Shown: positions 8,782 through 17,457 of the stretch, in pieces
Position numbering within the stretch: position 1 is the stretch's first letter
Layout of the letters: every line of letters starts with the position of its first letter
Source: a virus
Lineage: Duplodnaviria; Heunggongvirae; Uroviricota; Caudoviricetes; Herelleviridae
Length of the DNA: 64,000 nt
Direction: 5' to 3' (one strand)
Virus record (IMG/VR): IMGVR_UViG_2595698877_000001
Location: 4,381 to 68,380 of that record
Translations under genes and position numbers: made by a program
The notes under the pieces: generated by a model
The model's database searches: none
What the model was told of the DNA's origin: nothing
What the model saw: the letters and a program-made list of their open reading frames with translations, nothing else

Positions 8782-8982
8782 TTATTTCTTGTTGTTTTCC
8801 AATCCTGTATTTAATAAAGCAGCGATAAAGTTTACAGCGATAGCAGCGAATACGAATAGAGAAACAATCAATGTTTTATTATCTACTGTTGAGTTATAAA
8901 ATTCCCACGCGTATCTAAAAGCAATAGTACCTAATGCAATGCCTGTATAGCGGATAATGTTGTTTTTCACTTTGTCCCTCAT
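8782..8982 (-). CDS. small membrane protein
   Basis: 66 aa, two hydrophobic helices. Confidence 0.75.
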   Translation of the reverse strand: MRDKVKNNIIRYTGIALGTIAFRYAWEFYNSTVDNKTLIVSLFVFAAIAVNFIAALLNTGLENNKK

Positions 8983-8984
8983 AA

Positions 8985-9593
8985 TTATTTAGCCTCCTTA
9001 GTAATAACTTGTCCGTTTTCTTTCACTGGTGCCGCCTCATTAAACGCTTCTGTCATAGAAGTAAGCTGTTTAGGTCGGTAGCAACGACTTTCTTGCTTGT
9101 TCTTAACTTGTTTCGTTTGTTCAATGCACTTCTTGAAATCTTTTTGTAAGTCTTTGTATTTTACTAACATAAGTTTAAATGGTTGCGTGGCTTCTTCGAA
9201 GTTCTTAGCTCCACGACGCTCTTTTGCAATTAATCCTAGTTTATCCCAGTTATCCGCTTTCTCTTCTGATGTTAACTCATCTAAGAACTCTGCACCATGA
9301 TATAAGTCTTGACGTGCTTTATCTAGGCGACCTACATCGTCGTATGCTTGGTTATGCGCTTTAGGGTAATCGATTAAAACCTTGCTCATAATTTCCATGT
9401 TAGCGATTACTTCTTCTGTAGAAGGGTATCCTAGTGTAATACCTTCTTCTTCTAACCATACTTTACCATCTGTAGCATTCACCTCATCATCTACTAGTTT
9501 AAAAGCTTCTTGTAAGCGCTCTTTCGCTGCTTTTGTCATTTTACCTGCTGTTACTACGTCTTTTAATAAATCTCTCACTTTTTTAAGTTCCAT
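8985..9593 (-). CDS. hypothetical helical protein
   Basis: 202 aa, SD AGAGGT. Confidence 0.85.
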   Translation of the reverse strand: MELKKVRDLLKDVVTAGKMTKAAKERLQEAFKLVDDEVNATDGKVWLEEEGITLGYPSTEEVIANMEIMSKVLIDYPKAHNQAYDDVGRLDKARQDLYHGAEFLDELTSEEKADNWDKLGLIAKERRGAKNFEEATQPFKLMLVKYKDLQKDFKKCIEQTKQVKNKQESRCYRPKQLTSMTEAFNEAAPVKENGQVITKEAK

Positions 9594-9698
9594 TGTTATG
9601 TACCTCTTTCTATTATTTTATTTTTCGTCTTCTATGTATGAATCGTGGTGTTTCTTTTATATAGTTACTTTCAACTTATCACCTCCTCTATGAATCTA

Positions 9699-9727
9699 AT
9701 TCTATCATAGTATTCACTTAAAGTAAA
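9699..9727 (-). promoter_or_regulatory. early sigma-A-type promoter
   Basis: TTTACT-17-TAGAAT. Confidence 0.7.
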
Positions 9728-9744
9728 CAACATTTTTCTACTTT

Positions 9745-9954
9745 TTATTCAAAATACCAACCTGCATCTAGAAATTGTTCTTCCCATGTTTCGAAAGCCA
9801 TCTTCAAGAAAGCTTGTACCTCTTCTTCTGATGTGCCATCGATATCCGGGTCATAATCTAGCTGACCTAACGTGAAACTTTCTTCTCTATTAGCGCCGAC
9901 GATTCCGATGTGGTGATGGAAAGTTACTCTTGTATCCACAGTATATTTACTCAT
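9745..9954 (-). CDS. hypothetical protein
   Basis: 69 aa, coupled start. Confidence 0.8.
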   Translation of the reverse strand: MSKYTVDTRVTFHHHIGIVGANREESFTLGQLDYDPDIDGTSEEEVQAFLKMAFETWEEQFLDAGWYFE

Positions 9955-10562
9955 TTACCTTCCTCCCCATTCAATTGTTTACCCATCGCAAGCAGCATAT
10001 CTCTAAATACTGGTAAATCTCCTCGGTTGTCATACCCCATAGAGTAGGTGAAAATACGAGACTTACCTAGATTATGTGCCTGATATTGTCTGTATGCTTT
10101 TGCTTTGTCTAGGATAAAGAAGAACGCTACATCTTCCCATTCTTTTGTTTCGAAAGCAATATGTACGTTACTAATTCCATGAGCTTTAATGTACGCTTCT
10201 TCATCATGGATATAAACCTCTTCGCCATATACGTCTGTGATTAAACTGTGTTCTACTTCTTCATATGGTTTGATTTCGATAGGGCAATCTTCGCCATTAC
10301 CATCGTAGTAGTCCTCTACTAGTTCCTCCGGCTTCTCATACCACACTTCATAGTCATCATCCCATGTGTATCGCATATCTTCACCATCGTAGTAGTCTAA
10401 TAGCTCGTCCACAAAGGGGATAAAGCCTTTTCGCTCTCTCTGTACGACGTGGATAGCGTCACATGTGTAACGATTATCTTCTGCACCGTCATAATGTTTG
10501 CTATTAAACTCTTTTAACAATTCGACCTGCTTGTCCGTAAGTTCGAAAGTAATTTTAGTCAT
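9951..10562 (-). CDS. acidic conserved phage protein (start corrected to 10562)
   Basis: SD GAGGAGG before MTKITFEL; 203 aa. Confidence 0.85.
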   Translation of the reverse strand: MTKITFELTDKQVELLKEFNSKHYDGAEDNRYTCDAIHVVQRERKGFIPFVDELLDYYDGEDMRYTWDDDYEVWYEKPEELVEDYYDGNGEDCPIEIKPYEEVEHSLITDVYGEEVYIHDEEAYIKAHGISNVHIAFETKEWEDVAFFFILDKAKAYRQYQAHNLGKSRIFTYSMGYDNRGDLPVFRDMLLAMGKQLNGEEGK

Positions 10563-10866
10563 TCCAGATTCCCTCCTCATCATCTAAAAATTCAGTTACG
10601 GAATCATCTATGATAACACCGTGTAGCGCTGCTTGCTCAACAAATTCTCGCCAAGAGCAGTAACCACTCCATTCATCTCCGTAATTAATACCTACTAACT
10701 CTTTTCCATCTACTTCGATACTCATCCATCCGCCTCTATATCTACAATAGAAGTATTCACCATATTTTGTCTTACCTTCAAATTGAGTAGGACAAGCAAA
10801 GCATGTCTGCGATACTTTATCTAACTTTACGAATCTTTTAAATTGAGTAAAATTTCTTGTGACCAC
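10555..10866 (-). CDS. hypothetical protein
   Basis: 103 aa; CFACPTQFEG...YCRYRGGW motif typical of a phage family. Confidence 0.8.
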   Translation of the reverse strand: MVTRNFTQFKRFVKLDKVSQTCFACPTQFEGKTKYGEYFYCRYRGGWMSIEVDGKELVGINYGDEWSGYCSWREFVEQAALHGVIIDDSVTEFLDDEEGIWND

Positions 10867-11132
10867 TATAACTCCCCCTCCCTATTTAAAATATTCTCTA
10901 CAGCGTTGTCAATCGCTTCTAGTAAATCTTCTACACTTTTAGCTTCACTTTCTCGTAAGTCCTTATGTAATAATGCAACTAAAGCTTTTGAAACGTTAGC
11001 GTAGTACCCAACCACTTTATAATCGTGACCCACAACCTCGTTTTTCTTATTCTTCTTCTCGTACTTCTCATTGATGATAACGTTCATCGGGTCTGACGTA
11101 AGCTTGTACTTTTCTCCTACATAAATTTCCAT
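10866..11132 (-). CDS. DUF5405-like phage protein
   Basis: KYKLTSD.MN.I.NEK...GYY...AL..L...LRESEAKS pattern, recognised from memory. Confidence 0.6.
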   Translation of the reverse strand: MEIYVGEKYKLTSDPMNVIINEKYEKKNKKNEVVGHDYKVVGYYANVSKALVALLHKDLRESEAKSVEDLLEAIDNAVENILNREGEL

Positions 11133-11154
11133 TTGTTATCTCCTCCTTGATTTA

Positions 11155-11183
11155 ATATTACTACATTATTTACTAAAAGTAAA
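11155..11183 (-). promoter_or_regulatory. early sigma-A-type promoter
   Basis: TTTACT-17-TAATAT. Confidence 0.7.
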
Positions 11184-11201
11184 CAACTTTCTTTAAAAAT
11201 T

Positions 11202-11702
11202 TTAATCTACTTTTTTATACACTCTAAAGCGGAAGTTAGCACCCATCTCTTCTATACCAGCTTTCGTTGCTGTTCGCTTATAGAAACGCTTATAAATATT
11301 TTTGTCGAACTCCGGGAAAAAGGAATCCGCATCATACTCTTTGTCGATTTCCGTTATGTATAATCTGTTAGCCATCGGCATAAACTGTTTGTAAATAGAA
11401 TCTCCACCGATTACCATTAGCTCTTTCTCGTCCTTGAAGTCGTTTAATACTCCGTGGATATTATGATATATGCGTACATCTTCGTGTAGCGGCTTGAAAT
11501 CTTTGTTTCTAGTAAGTACGATGTTAACCCTACCCGGTAGGAACTTACCTATGGACAAATGCGTCTTACTACCCATAATCACAGGCTTACCCATCGTCTT
11601 TTCTTTAAACCAGTCAAAATCTTCTTCGCTGTGCCATAGCATCTTATTGTCTTTACCAATCTCTCTATTTTTACCATGTGCAGCTATTAGTGATATAATC
11701 AA
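11202..11702 (-). CDS. folA: dihydrofolate reductase
   Basis: IG.DN.MLWH..ED..WFK..T.GKPVIMG.KT..SIG.FLPGR.NIVLTR; VIGG..IY; LYITEID; D.FFPE motifs. Confidence 0.97.
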   Translation of the reverse strand: MIISLIAAHGKNREIGKDNKMLWHSEEDFDWFKEKTMGKPVIMGSKTHLSIGKFLPGRVNIVLTRNKDFKPLHEDVRIYHNIHGVLNDFKDEKELMVIGGDSIYKQFMPMANRLYITEIDKEYDADSFFPEFDKNIYKRFYKRTATKAGIEEMGANFRFRVYKKVD

Positions 11703-11729
11703 TCTTTCATCTCTCCTTTCAATAATTTT

Positions 11730-11758
11730 ATAATACTAGCATATTTTCGAAAAGTCAA
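11730..11758 (-). promoter_or_regulatory. early sigma-A-type promoter
   Basis: TTGACT-17-TATTAT, immediately after a terminator. Confidence 0.8.
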
Positions 11759-11790
11759 TAAAAAAAAGACTACTTTTTTAGTAGTCTCTT
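11759..11790 (-). terminator. intrinsic terminator
   Basis: AGACTAC stem followed by a U-tract on the minus strand. Confidence 0.75.
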
Positions 11791-12157
11791 AAATTTCTTT
11801 ATCAGCGATAAAAGCTTCGAAACGTCTTGTATAGATTGAACTTTCTGATATGAACAGAGCGACGACATGCATAGCTGCGTGGTATGTATGTTCTTCCATT
11901 TCCTCGTCGATGATTAATGCGAATGTTACATCTTCGTCATCTGTGTATACGTAATAGTTAGGGTCATCCGCTTCTAGTTCACCATTACTAAACGCATGTT
12001 CCCATTCTTGAAATTGTTCTACACTAATATAGTCTTTACCCCTAGCCCAGAACATGAAATTAGCTGCATTGATATTATAACCGAATCGGTCAAGGAAGCT
12101 CTCCCCCACTTCATGCTCATAGTCGATAATTGCGTCAAATACTTCTTGTTTATTCAT
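11789..12157 (-). CDS. acidic hypothetical protein
   Basis: 122-aa ORF. Confidence 0.8.
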   Translation of the reverse strand: MNKQEVFDAIIDYEHEVGESFLDRFGYNINAANFMFWARGKDYISVEQFQEWEHAFSNGELEADDPNYYVYTDDEDVTFALIIDEEMEEHTYHAAMHVVALFISESSIYTRRFEAFIADKEI

Positions 12158-12159
12158 TA

Positions 12160-12426
12160 TTAGTCCTCCACAATGGTAAAGTCTGTATTTTCTGCATGGT
12201 CTAAATCTATTATTCCTCTGCTATATAAGAAGTCGAGGAATCTCTTATCTACATTTCCGAACTCATGCAATTCAACGTGGATACCATCTTCGTCGTAGTC
12301 GTCCGCCTTATCGATTTTCGTAACACCTTTAACTAACATTTCATTGTACACTGATTTCGCGTCGTAATTCTCCATAAAATGTCTTGCTGCTCCGTCTCCA
12401 TCACCATAAACTAATAATACTTTCAT
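12160..12426 (-). CDS. hypothetical protein
   Basis: 88-aa ORF, SD AAGGGGGA. Confidence 0.8.
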   Translation of the reverse strand: MKVLLVYGDGDGAARHFMENYDAKSVYNEMLVKGVTKIDKADDYDEDGIHVELHEFGNVDKRFLDFLYSRGIIDLDHAENTDFTIVED

Positions 12427-13014
12427 TTAATTTTCCCCCTTGTATGTTTTTGCATATATGTCTAGCATAACTGCATCTAGTTTTCTATGTAAATCTTCGA
12501 TTGTACCGTCATTCACAATATCGTAATGTACTTCTTCATTCATAAGAGTAACTTCTGTTTCATGTAGTAAGTCCTCTTCCTTAAAGTCATCCCCAGCTTC
12601 TAATGAACGTTGAATTTGAAGCTCCTTAGGTGCTGATACACGGATGATAATGTAACCTTCCTCTCTTAACCTCTGGAACTCGTTAGGCTGTCGTACTCCA
12701 GTGATAAGAGGTTTAAATGGTACACCATTCATTTCTACTAACTTCGCCCATCTCGAACTTCTTTTTACTTCAACGGCGTAGAAACACTTATCCACCCAAT
12801 AGTTTTCTCCGTGTACATACCTCATAAGTTGTCCGTACAACTGATAACCCTTACGTGGTTTAGGTTCGCGTAGGATGTGCTTAAATTCTAGATGGAAATC
12901 ATCCTTTAACGCATCCGCGAAGTCGAAGGGTGAGCAGTCGAACTTGTCCACCAAATAATTCTCCGCTTCCGTTTTCCCGACACGTAACCCTCCAGCTAGT
13001 GCCAGTTTAATCAT
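12427..13014 (-). CDS. deoxynucleoside monophosphate kinase
   Basis: P-loop-like GGLRVGKT; FADALK; RKGYQLYGQ.MR; ITGVRQPNE; LHETE; adjacent to thyA. Confidence 0.85.
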   Translation of the reverse strand: MIKLALAGGLRVGKTEAENYLVDKFDCSPFDFADALKDDFHLEFKHILREPKPRKGYQLYGQLMRYVHGENYWVDKCFYAVEVKRSSRWAKLVEMNGVPFKPLITGVRQPNEFQRLREEGYIIIRVSAPKELQIQRSLEAGDDFKEEDLLHETEVTLMNEEVHYDIVNDGTIEDLHRKLDAVMLDIYAKTYKGEN

Positions 13015-13895
13015 TTAGCTTCCTCCTTTAGACCTACAGATACAGGAGCTTTAATCGCCTTATGCGGTTTGTACCTTACTATTTCAAAGTCCTCAATCAC
13101 GTAATCTTCTAAGTTACTTCGTTTATTCTTGATTACTAATTTAGGAAGCTCTCGTGGTTCATTTAATATTTGTTCCTTCGCCTGTTCAATATGGTTAAGG
13201 TATAAATGAACGTCACCGCCGTTGTAAATCAAGTCTCCTACTTCTAACCCACATTCTAAAGCGATTAAATGTAAGAGTAATGCGTAACTAGCAATATTAA
13301 AAGCTAGTCCTAAAAATCCGTCATTAGAACGCATGAAGAATTTTAAGTCTAGTTTACCGTTATTATGTACGTATAACTGGAACGCGTGATGACAACAAGG
13401 AAGTGCAGCCTTTTTGAAGTCTGTAGGGTGCCACGCACTCACATATAGACGACGAGAGGTTGGGTTTCTTTTAATCTCTTGAACTACTTCTTTAATCTGA
13501 TTATACCCTTCTCCGTTCCAGTCTGTCCACTGAGCGCCATAGATTCTACCTAAATCAAACCCGTCCTCTTTAACCATCTCGATAAATTCTTCTTTCGTTA
13601 GGTTGCCACCAAGCTCTTTATACCAGCGATATCCATCCGGAGTCCAAATATTTACATTTTTATCTACTAATGTTTTTAAATTCGTATCACCTTTTAGGAA
13701 CCATAGTAACTCTTCCGCTACTAATCTAAAAGCTACATGTTTTGTTGTTAGTAACGGGAATCCTTCTGACAAATCGAATTTCATCGTGTAGTCGAAGATA
13801 CTTAATGTACCTGTTCCCGTTCTATCACTTCTAATTTCTCCATGCTTAATTATGTATTCATATAAATCTAAAACCTGTCTATCTACATTGTTCAT
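13011..13895 (-). CDS. thyA: thymidylate synthase (intron-free)
   Basis: DRTGTGT, FPLLTTK, ELLWFL.G.TN, YGAQW, ALPCCH, RSND.FLGLAFNIASY, GDVHLY.NH. Confidence 0.98.
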   Translation of the reverse strand: MNNVDRQVLDLYEYIIKHGEIRSDRTGTGTLSIFDYTMKFDLSEGFPLLTTKHVAFRLVAEELLWFLKGDTNLKTLVDKNVNIWTPDGYRWYKELGGNLTKEEFIEMVKEDGFDLGRIYGAQWTDWNGEGYNQIKEVVQEIKRNPTSRRLYVSAWHPTDFKKAALPCCHHAFQLYVHNNGKLDLKFFMRSNDGFLGLAFNIASYALLLHLIALECGLEVGDLIYNGGDVHLYLNHIEQAKEQILNEPRELPKLVIKNKRSNLEDYVIEDFEIVRYKPHKAIKAPVSVGLKEEAK

Positions 13896-13901
13896 TATGT
13901 A

Positions 13902-14138
13902 TTAATCTCCTCTTCTCTTTGACTGCTCATCTTGAAACTCTTTAATCCATGCTGGGATTCCAGCATCATCGCGGAGTTCATAGTGTCCTGTTGTCTCTTT
14001 ACATTTAGGACAGTACATATGTTTTAAATGCTGCTTTTGTTTCATTTTACTCCTTTTTCTCCACAGCATTGTTACATTGCCACACACCTCGCATTCTAAA
14101 TGAGTAGAGGCTGTGACAGTTTTAGCCCCAACCGCCAT
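13902..14138 (-). CDS. ribosomal-protein-L33-like zinc-ribbon protein (start corrected to 14138)
   Basis: SD AAGGAGGTG before MAVGAK; LECEVCG...YCPKCKETTGHYE pattern; 78 aa. Confidence 0.6.
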   Translation of the reverse strand: MAVGAKTVTASTHLECEVCGNVTMLWRKRSKMKQKQHLKHMYCPKCKETTGHYELRDDAGIPAWIKEFQDEQSKRRGD

Positions 14139-14163
14139 ATCTTTCACCTCCTTCTTAAACCTT

Positions 14164-14192
14164 ATTATACTGTGTTGTTTACTTAAAGTCAA
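14164..14192 (-). promoter_or_regulatory. early sigma-A-type promoter
   Basis: TTGACT-17-TATAAT consensus. Confidence 0.85.
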
Positions 14193-15607
14193 GCACTTTT
14201 ATATTCTAAATCATGTTTTTTAGCAAATCTAGTAAGAGCTTGTTTTTCCTCTACTGTAGCGGCTCTATTAGCGAATCCTCTAGCTTGTACAATTTTATTT
14301 CCGCGAATCTCTACAGTTACTAATGGCTTGTCCAATTCTTCATTGGAACGTAGGAATACAATAATCGTATCACCCTTCGCCACTTTAGGCGCATAGCTCG
14401 CCACGCAATGATGTTGAGCATTACCTTCTGTAGCAATGTCTTTCATCTCTTTTGGAACCAGTACGCTGTAACCTCTCATCTTAGTTTCGTATTTTTGGAA
14501 GTATTCTTTCTGCTCATCAAATCGTTTCTTCGTCATTTCATCTTCTACTAGCTTATAATTTCTAGCGGTAATGTCGTGACATAGTTTGAGTGAACGGGGA
14601 TACTTATCGAAATCCTCATGACCTAGTAACAGGCTTGTCTCGTAATAATCTTTATATTGCCCTACTGCTTCATGGAACTCCATACCTTGCGTGACTAAAG
14701 CTCCAAACAGTAAGTATTCTACTAATCTATGCATGTTTTTGATATTGTTTCTAGGTCTTAATACAAATCCCCAGAACATATGTCCTTTGTAATGTCTTAT
14801 GTTATTTCTATCGCACTTAAGTATTTCTAAATAATCGCTAACATCAGAATGACGAGTAAACTGTGTTAATCGGTTCTCTAGGTTGTATTCAACCTCTAGT
14901 TCTTTTATGTAAGCGATAACACCTCTATATGTATCTAAATCTCTTTGTGTTGCATAAGCTATGTTATGTACTGCACTCATAAAATCATCTGTATCTGTTG
15001 TATACTCGCTGATGAACTTCAATTGAGCTTTCGTTACTCCGAATATCTGATGTAACTTCGTCTTACCTTCTTCCATACTAGCGTTGTAGACTTTATTTCT
15101 AAAAGAAGAGTTAGACATAGCCTTTACATCGATTCCGGACTTGTAAATCAACTCCAACTTATTATAGCTGGTCATGAGTCGGATGAGCGCCCTTGATGAC
15201 ATATTAATTATCTCTTCTCCTAAAGAACCGATTACAGTAACCATCTTCGCGTACATCCCTTTATTCTCTTCCACAGATACCATGTCGAAGAAAATAGATA
15301 CGTTGTCGCTGTTATAGAAACTATCTTTGTACCAACCGTCTTTTCGTCTTGGTACCACTAAATCTACGTTATGTATATTAAACTTTACTTCTCTACCATT
15401 TCTTTTTATGTAATATTTCTTGTTTCGTAAATCGTACAACATTTCCGTTAAAACTAGATTTCCATTGTCGTTTTGGTACGTTGCGTAAAAATGAAAGGAA
15501 TATCCCGTCTTCTCAATCATATAATAAGCTACATGACCGATAGTTTGTGTTAGTTCCAATTCCCCATTTTTAATCTTGTCTAGCACTTCGTTTGTCTCTT
15601 TACTCAC
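14189..15607 (-). CDS. PcfJ-like domain protein
   Basis: C-terminal P.SLK..HD...EG..QHHCVASY...I.FLR...PLVTVEI....IVQARG..NR signature; 472 aa. Confidence 0.8.
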   Translation of the reverse strand: MSKETNEVLDKIKNGELELTQTIGHVAYYMIEKTGYSFHFYATYQNDNGNLVLTEMLYDLRNKKYYIKRNGREVKFNIHNVDLVVPRRKDGWYKDSFYNSDNVSIFFDMVSVEENKGMYAKMVTVIGSLGEEIINMSSRALIRLMTSYNKLELIYKSGIDVKAMSNSSFRNKVYNASMEEGKTKLHQIFGVTKAQLKFISEYTTDTDDFMSAVHNIAYATQRDLDTYRGVIAYIKELEVEYNLENRLTQFTRHSDVSDYLEILKCDRNNIRHYKGHMFWGFVLRPRNNIKNMHRLVEYLLFGALVTQGMEFHEAVGQYKDYYETSLLLGHEDFDKYPRSLKLCHDITARNYKLVEDEMTKKRFDEQKEYFQKYETKMRGYSVLVPKEMKDIATEGNAQHHCVASYAPKVAKGDTIIVFLRSNEELDKPLVTVEIRGNKIVQARGFANRAATVEEKQALTRFAKKHDLEYKSA

Positions 15608-15651
15608 TCTATTCCTCCTCTTGTTATTTACTAACTGTTAACTACAAATCT

Positions 15652-15680
15652 ATCATATCACAATAAAAAAAGAGAGTCAA
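15652..15680 (-). promoter_or_regulatory. early sigma-A-type promoter overlapping a terminator
   Basis: TTGACT-17-TATGAT; the -35 lies in the 3' arm of the terminator hairpin. Confidence 0.75.
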
Positions 15681-15690
15681 TAGACTCTCC
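15663..15690 (-). terminator. intrinsic terminator
   Basis: GGAGAGTC-TATT-GACTCTCT + U-tract. Confidence 0.8.
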
Positions 15691-15697
15691 TAAAAAA

Positions 15698-16582
15698 TTA
15701 CTGATTATTTTTAATATATAAATGGTAGTTCCAAGCAGCCATTAAGCCACGGTCTGTCAACTCTAGTACTTCGTTCTTATCCGCCTCTTTAACGTGGATT
15801 AGGTAAGCTCGAATTAACGCAAAGTCATCTTCTGATAACTCTTTTACGGATGCTCCAAGCTTTTCGTTACCAAAGTATTCTGAGATAACGCGTTCTAATT
15901 CATCAACATCGCTTTCGATATAAGACAGGATAGAGTCTACAGCGTCGTAAACGTCTTCTTCCCTGTTTTCATATTGGCAAGCTAGACAATTGCAAGGCTC
16001 TTCTTCCTCTTCTTCTTCGTACTGGTAGCTTTCTTCTTCCTCGTACTCTTCTTCATACTCTTCGTAATCGTCATCTTGCTCTTCGTACTCCGAACCTGAG
16101 TAATCTTGGTGTTTTTCTTCTTCTTCAAAATCGAACGAGAACCCTTCGTCACCCATCTCGATTCTAACAGAACCTTTTTTAACTGTTAATTTAAACTTGA
16201 CAATTGCACCATTTTTAATACCACCAGCGATGGTTCCGCCTCCACCTTTGCGTTTGATATCGTTAATTGTATCAATTAGTAGTTGTCGGTAGTTAGTTCT
16301 GATGTCTCCCGCGTAATCGAACTCGTCCATAAATTCATTAATGAACTCATCAAATGTCTGCTTGTGTTCCTCTTCTGCTACTTCTGCTTGTTCACTCTTT
16401 GGAATAGCTGTATCAAAAGCTTCGTTTAAGTTAAATGCGATAGTACTGAATCGGTCACGAACTCGCTCTTTACCTGCTTCTGTCTCAACATCTAATCCGT
16501 TAGCTACCTCTTCTACTAACCCCATAATTTTGTTTTGTGCAATCACCAATCGATTTAAGAATAATCCTTTTTTGTTAGACAT
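15698..16582 (-). CDS. highly acidic hypothetical protein
   Basis: 294 aa; E/D/Y low-complexity tract and CNCLAC. Confidence 0.85.
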   Translation of the reverse strand: MSNKKGLFLNRLVIAQNKIMGLVEEVANGLDVETEAGKERVRDRFSTIAFNLNEAFDTAIPKSEQAEVAEEEHKQTFDEFINEFMDEFDYAGDIRTNYRQLLIDTINDIKRKGGGGTIAGGIKNGAIVKFKLTVKKGSVRIEMGDEGFSFDFEEEEKHQDYSGSEYEEQDDDYEEYEEEYEEEESYQYEEEEEEEPCNCLACQYENREEDVYDAVDSILSYIESDVDELERVISEYFGNEKLGASVKELSEDDFALIRAYLIHVKEADKNEVLELTDRGLMAAWNYHLYIKNNQ

Positions 16583-16604
16583 ATTATATTTTCCTCCTAA
16601 TATT

Positions 16605-17321
16605 TTAATCTTCTGTTTTATATGTACCTAGCTTGTCCGCAAATGTAGCGAACTTCCCACGATAGTTGTTTGTTAACTCCGCGAACTCTATTTCTTCGAA
16701 CTCCCCACTCAACTTACCTTGTTTAAAGTGGTGTATAAGCGCTGAGAATCCAGAATCTTGTGGTTTAATATCAATCTGACCTGTATGCCCTACCATAGCC
16801 ACATAGCAGTTATCCCAGCATCTTGTTAATGTTTTCTTGATTTCATTTATAGTACCGTTTTGTATCTCATCCACAATAACTCCGACATTCTCTAAGTTTC
16901 TACCTCTCAAAAACGTATGAGGTACCACTTTGAACTCGAAATCATTAAATGAACTTGTCATCAATTCCATATTCAAGTATTGTGGGTTGACTCCAGCTTC
17001 CGTAAGCGCTTGACAGAACGGGACAGCATATTCACCAATTTTATCCGCGATTCCGCCCGGTAAGTATCCTACCGAACGTTCTTGTACCGGGAATACAACG
17101 TAATATATTTTATTTATGTACTCTTTCTTCTTTAAAGCGTTCATAGCCTGTGTTAGTACAGTTGTTTTACCTGTCCCAGCATTCGCATTTACAACAATAC
17201 GATTATACTTGTACAGCTTCTCAACCATATCTTCTTGCTCTCTATCTAATTTCTTTATGTATGGGAAATCCTTTTCGCTTAGTTTACTCAACGTAAGTCG
17301 TTCTTGCTTCGCCATAAACAT
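16605..17321 (-). CDS. phoH: PhoH-family ATPase
   Basis: Walker A NAGTGKT, GYLPG, FLRGR, IVDEIQN, GHTGQID. Confidence 0.92.
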   Translation of the reverse strand: MFMAKQERLTLSKLSEKDFPYIKKLDREQEDMVEKLYKYNRIVVNANAGTGKTTVLTQAMNALKKKEYINKIYYVVFPVQERSVGYLPGGIADKIGEYAVPFCQALTEAGVNPQYLNMELMTSSFNDFEFKVVPHTFLRGRNLENVGVIVDEIQNGTINEIKKTLTRCWDNCYVAMVGHTGQIDIKPQDSGFSALIHHFKQGKLSGEFEEIEFAELTNNYRGKFATFADKLGTYKTED

Positions 17322-17403
17322 TCTCCTTTAGATTTATTGAACTCCTTACTTTTATTATATCATATTCCCGTTCGTAGCGGCTCCTCCTCTCTCTTATACA
17401 CTT

Positions 17404-17432
17404 ATAGTACACTAGTAATTACGTAAAGTCAA
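17404..17432 (-). promoter_or_regulatory. early sigma-A-type promoter
   Basis: TTGACT-17-TACTAT. Confidence 0.8.
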
Positions 17433-17457
17433 CAAGTAAAATAAAAAAACTACTAAA

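Noticed and set aside
272-13014. Many early proteins end in ...RG, WRG, GEL, GEF or KGEN
   Set aside because: These residues are encoded by the overlapping SD (GGAGG/GGGG) of the next gene. This is a translational-coupling artefact, not a protein motif.
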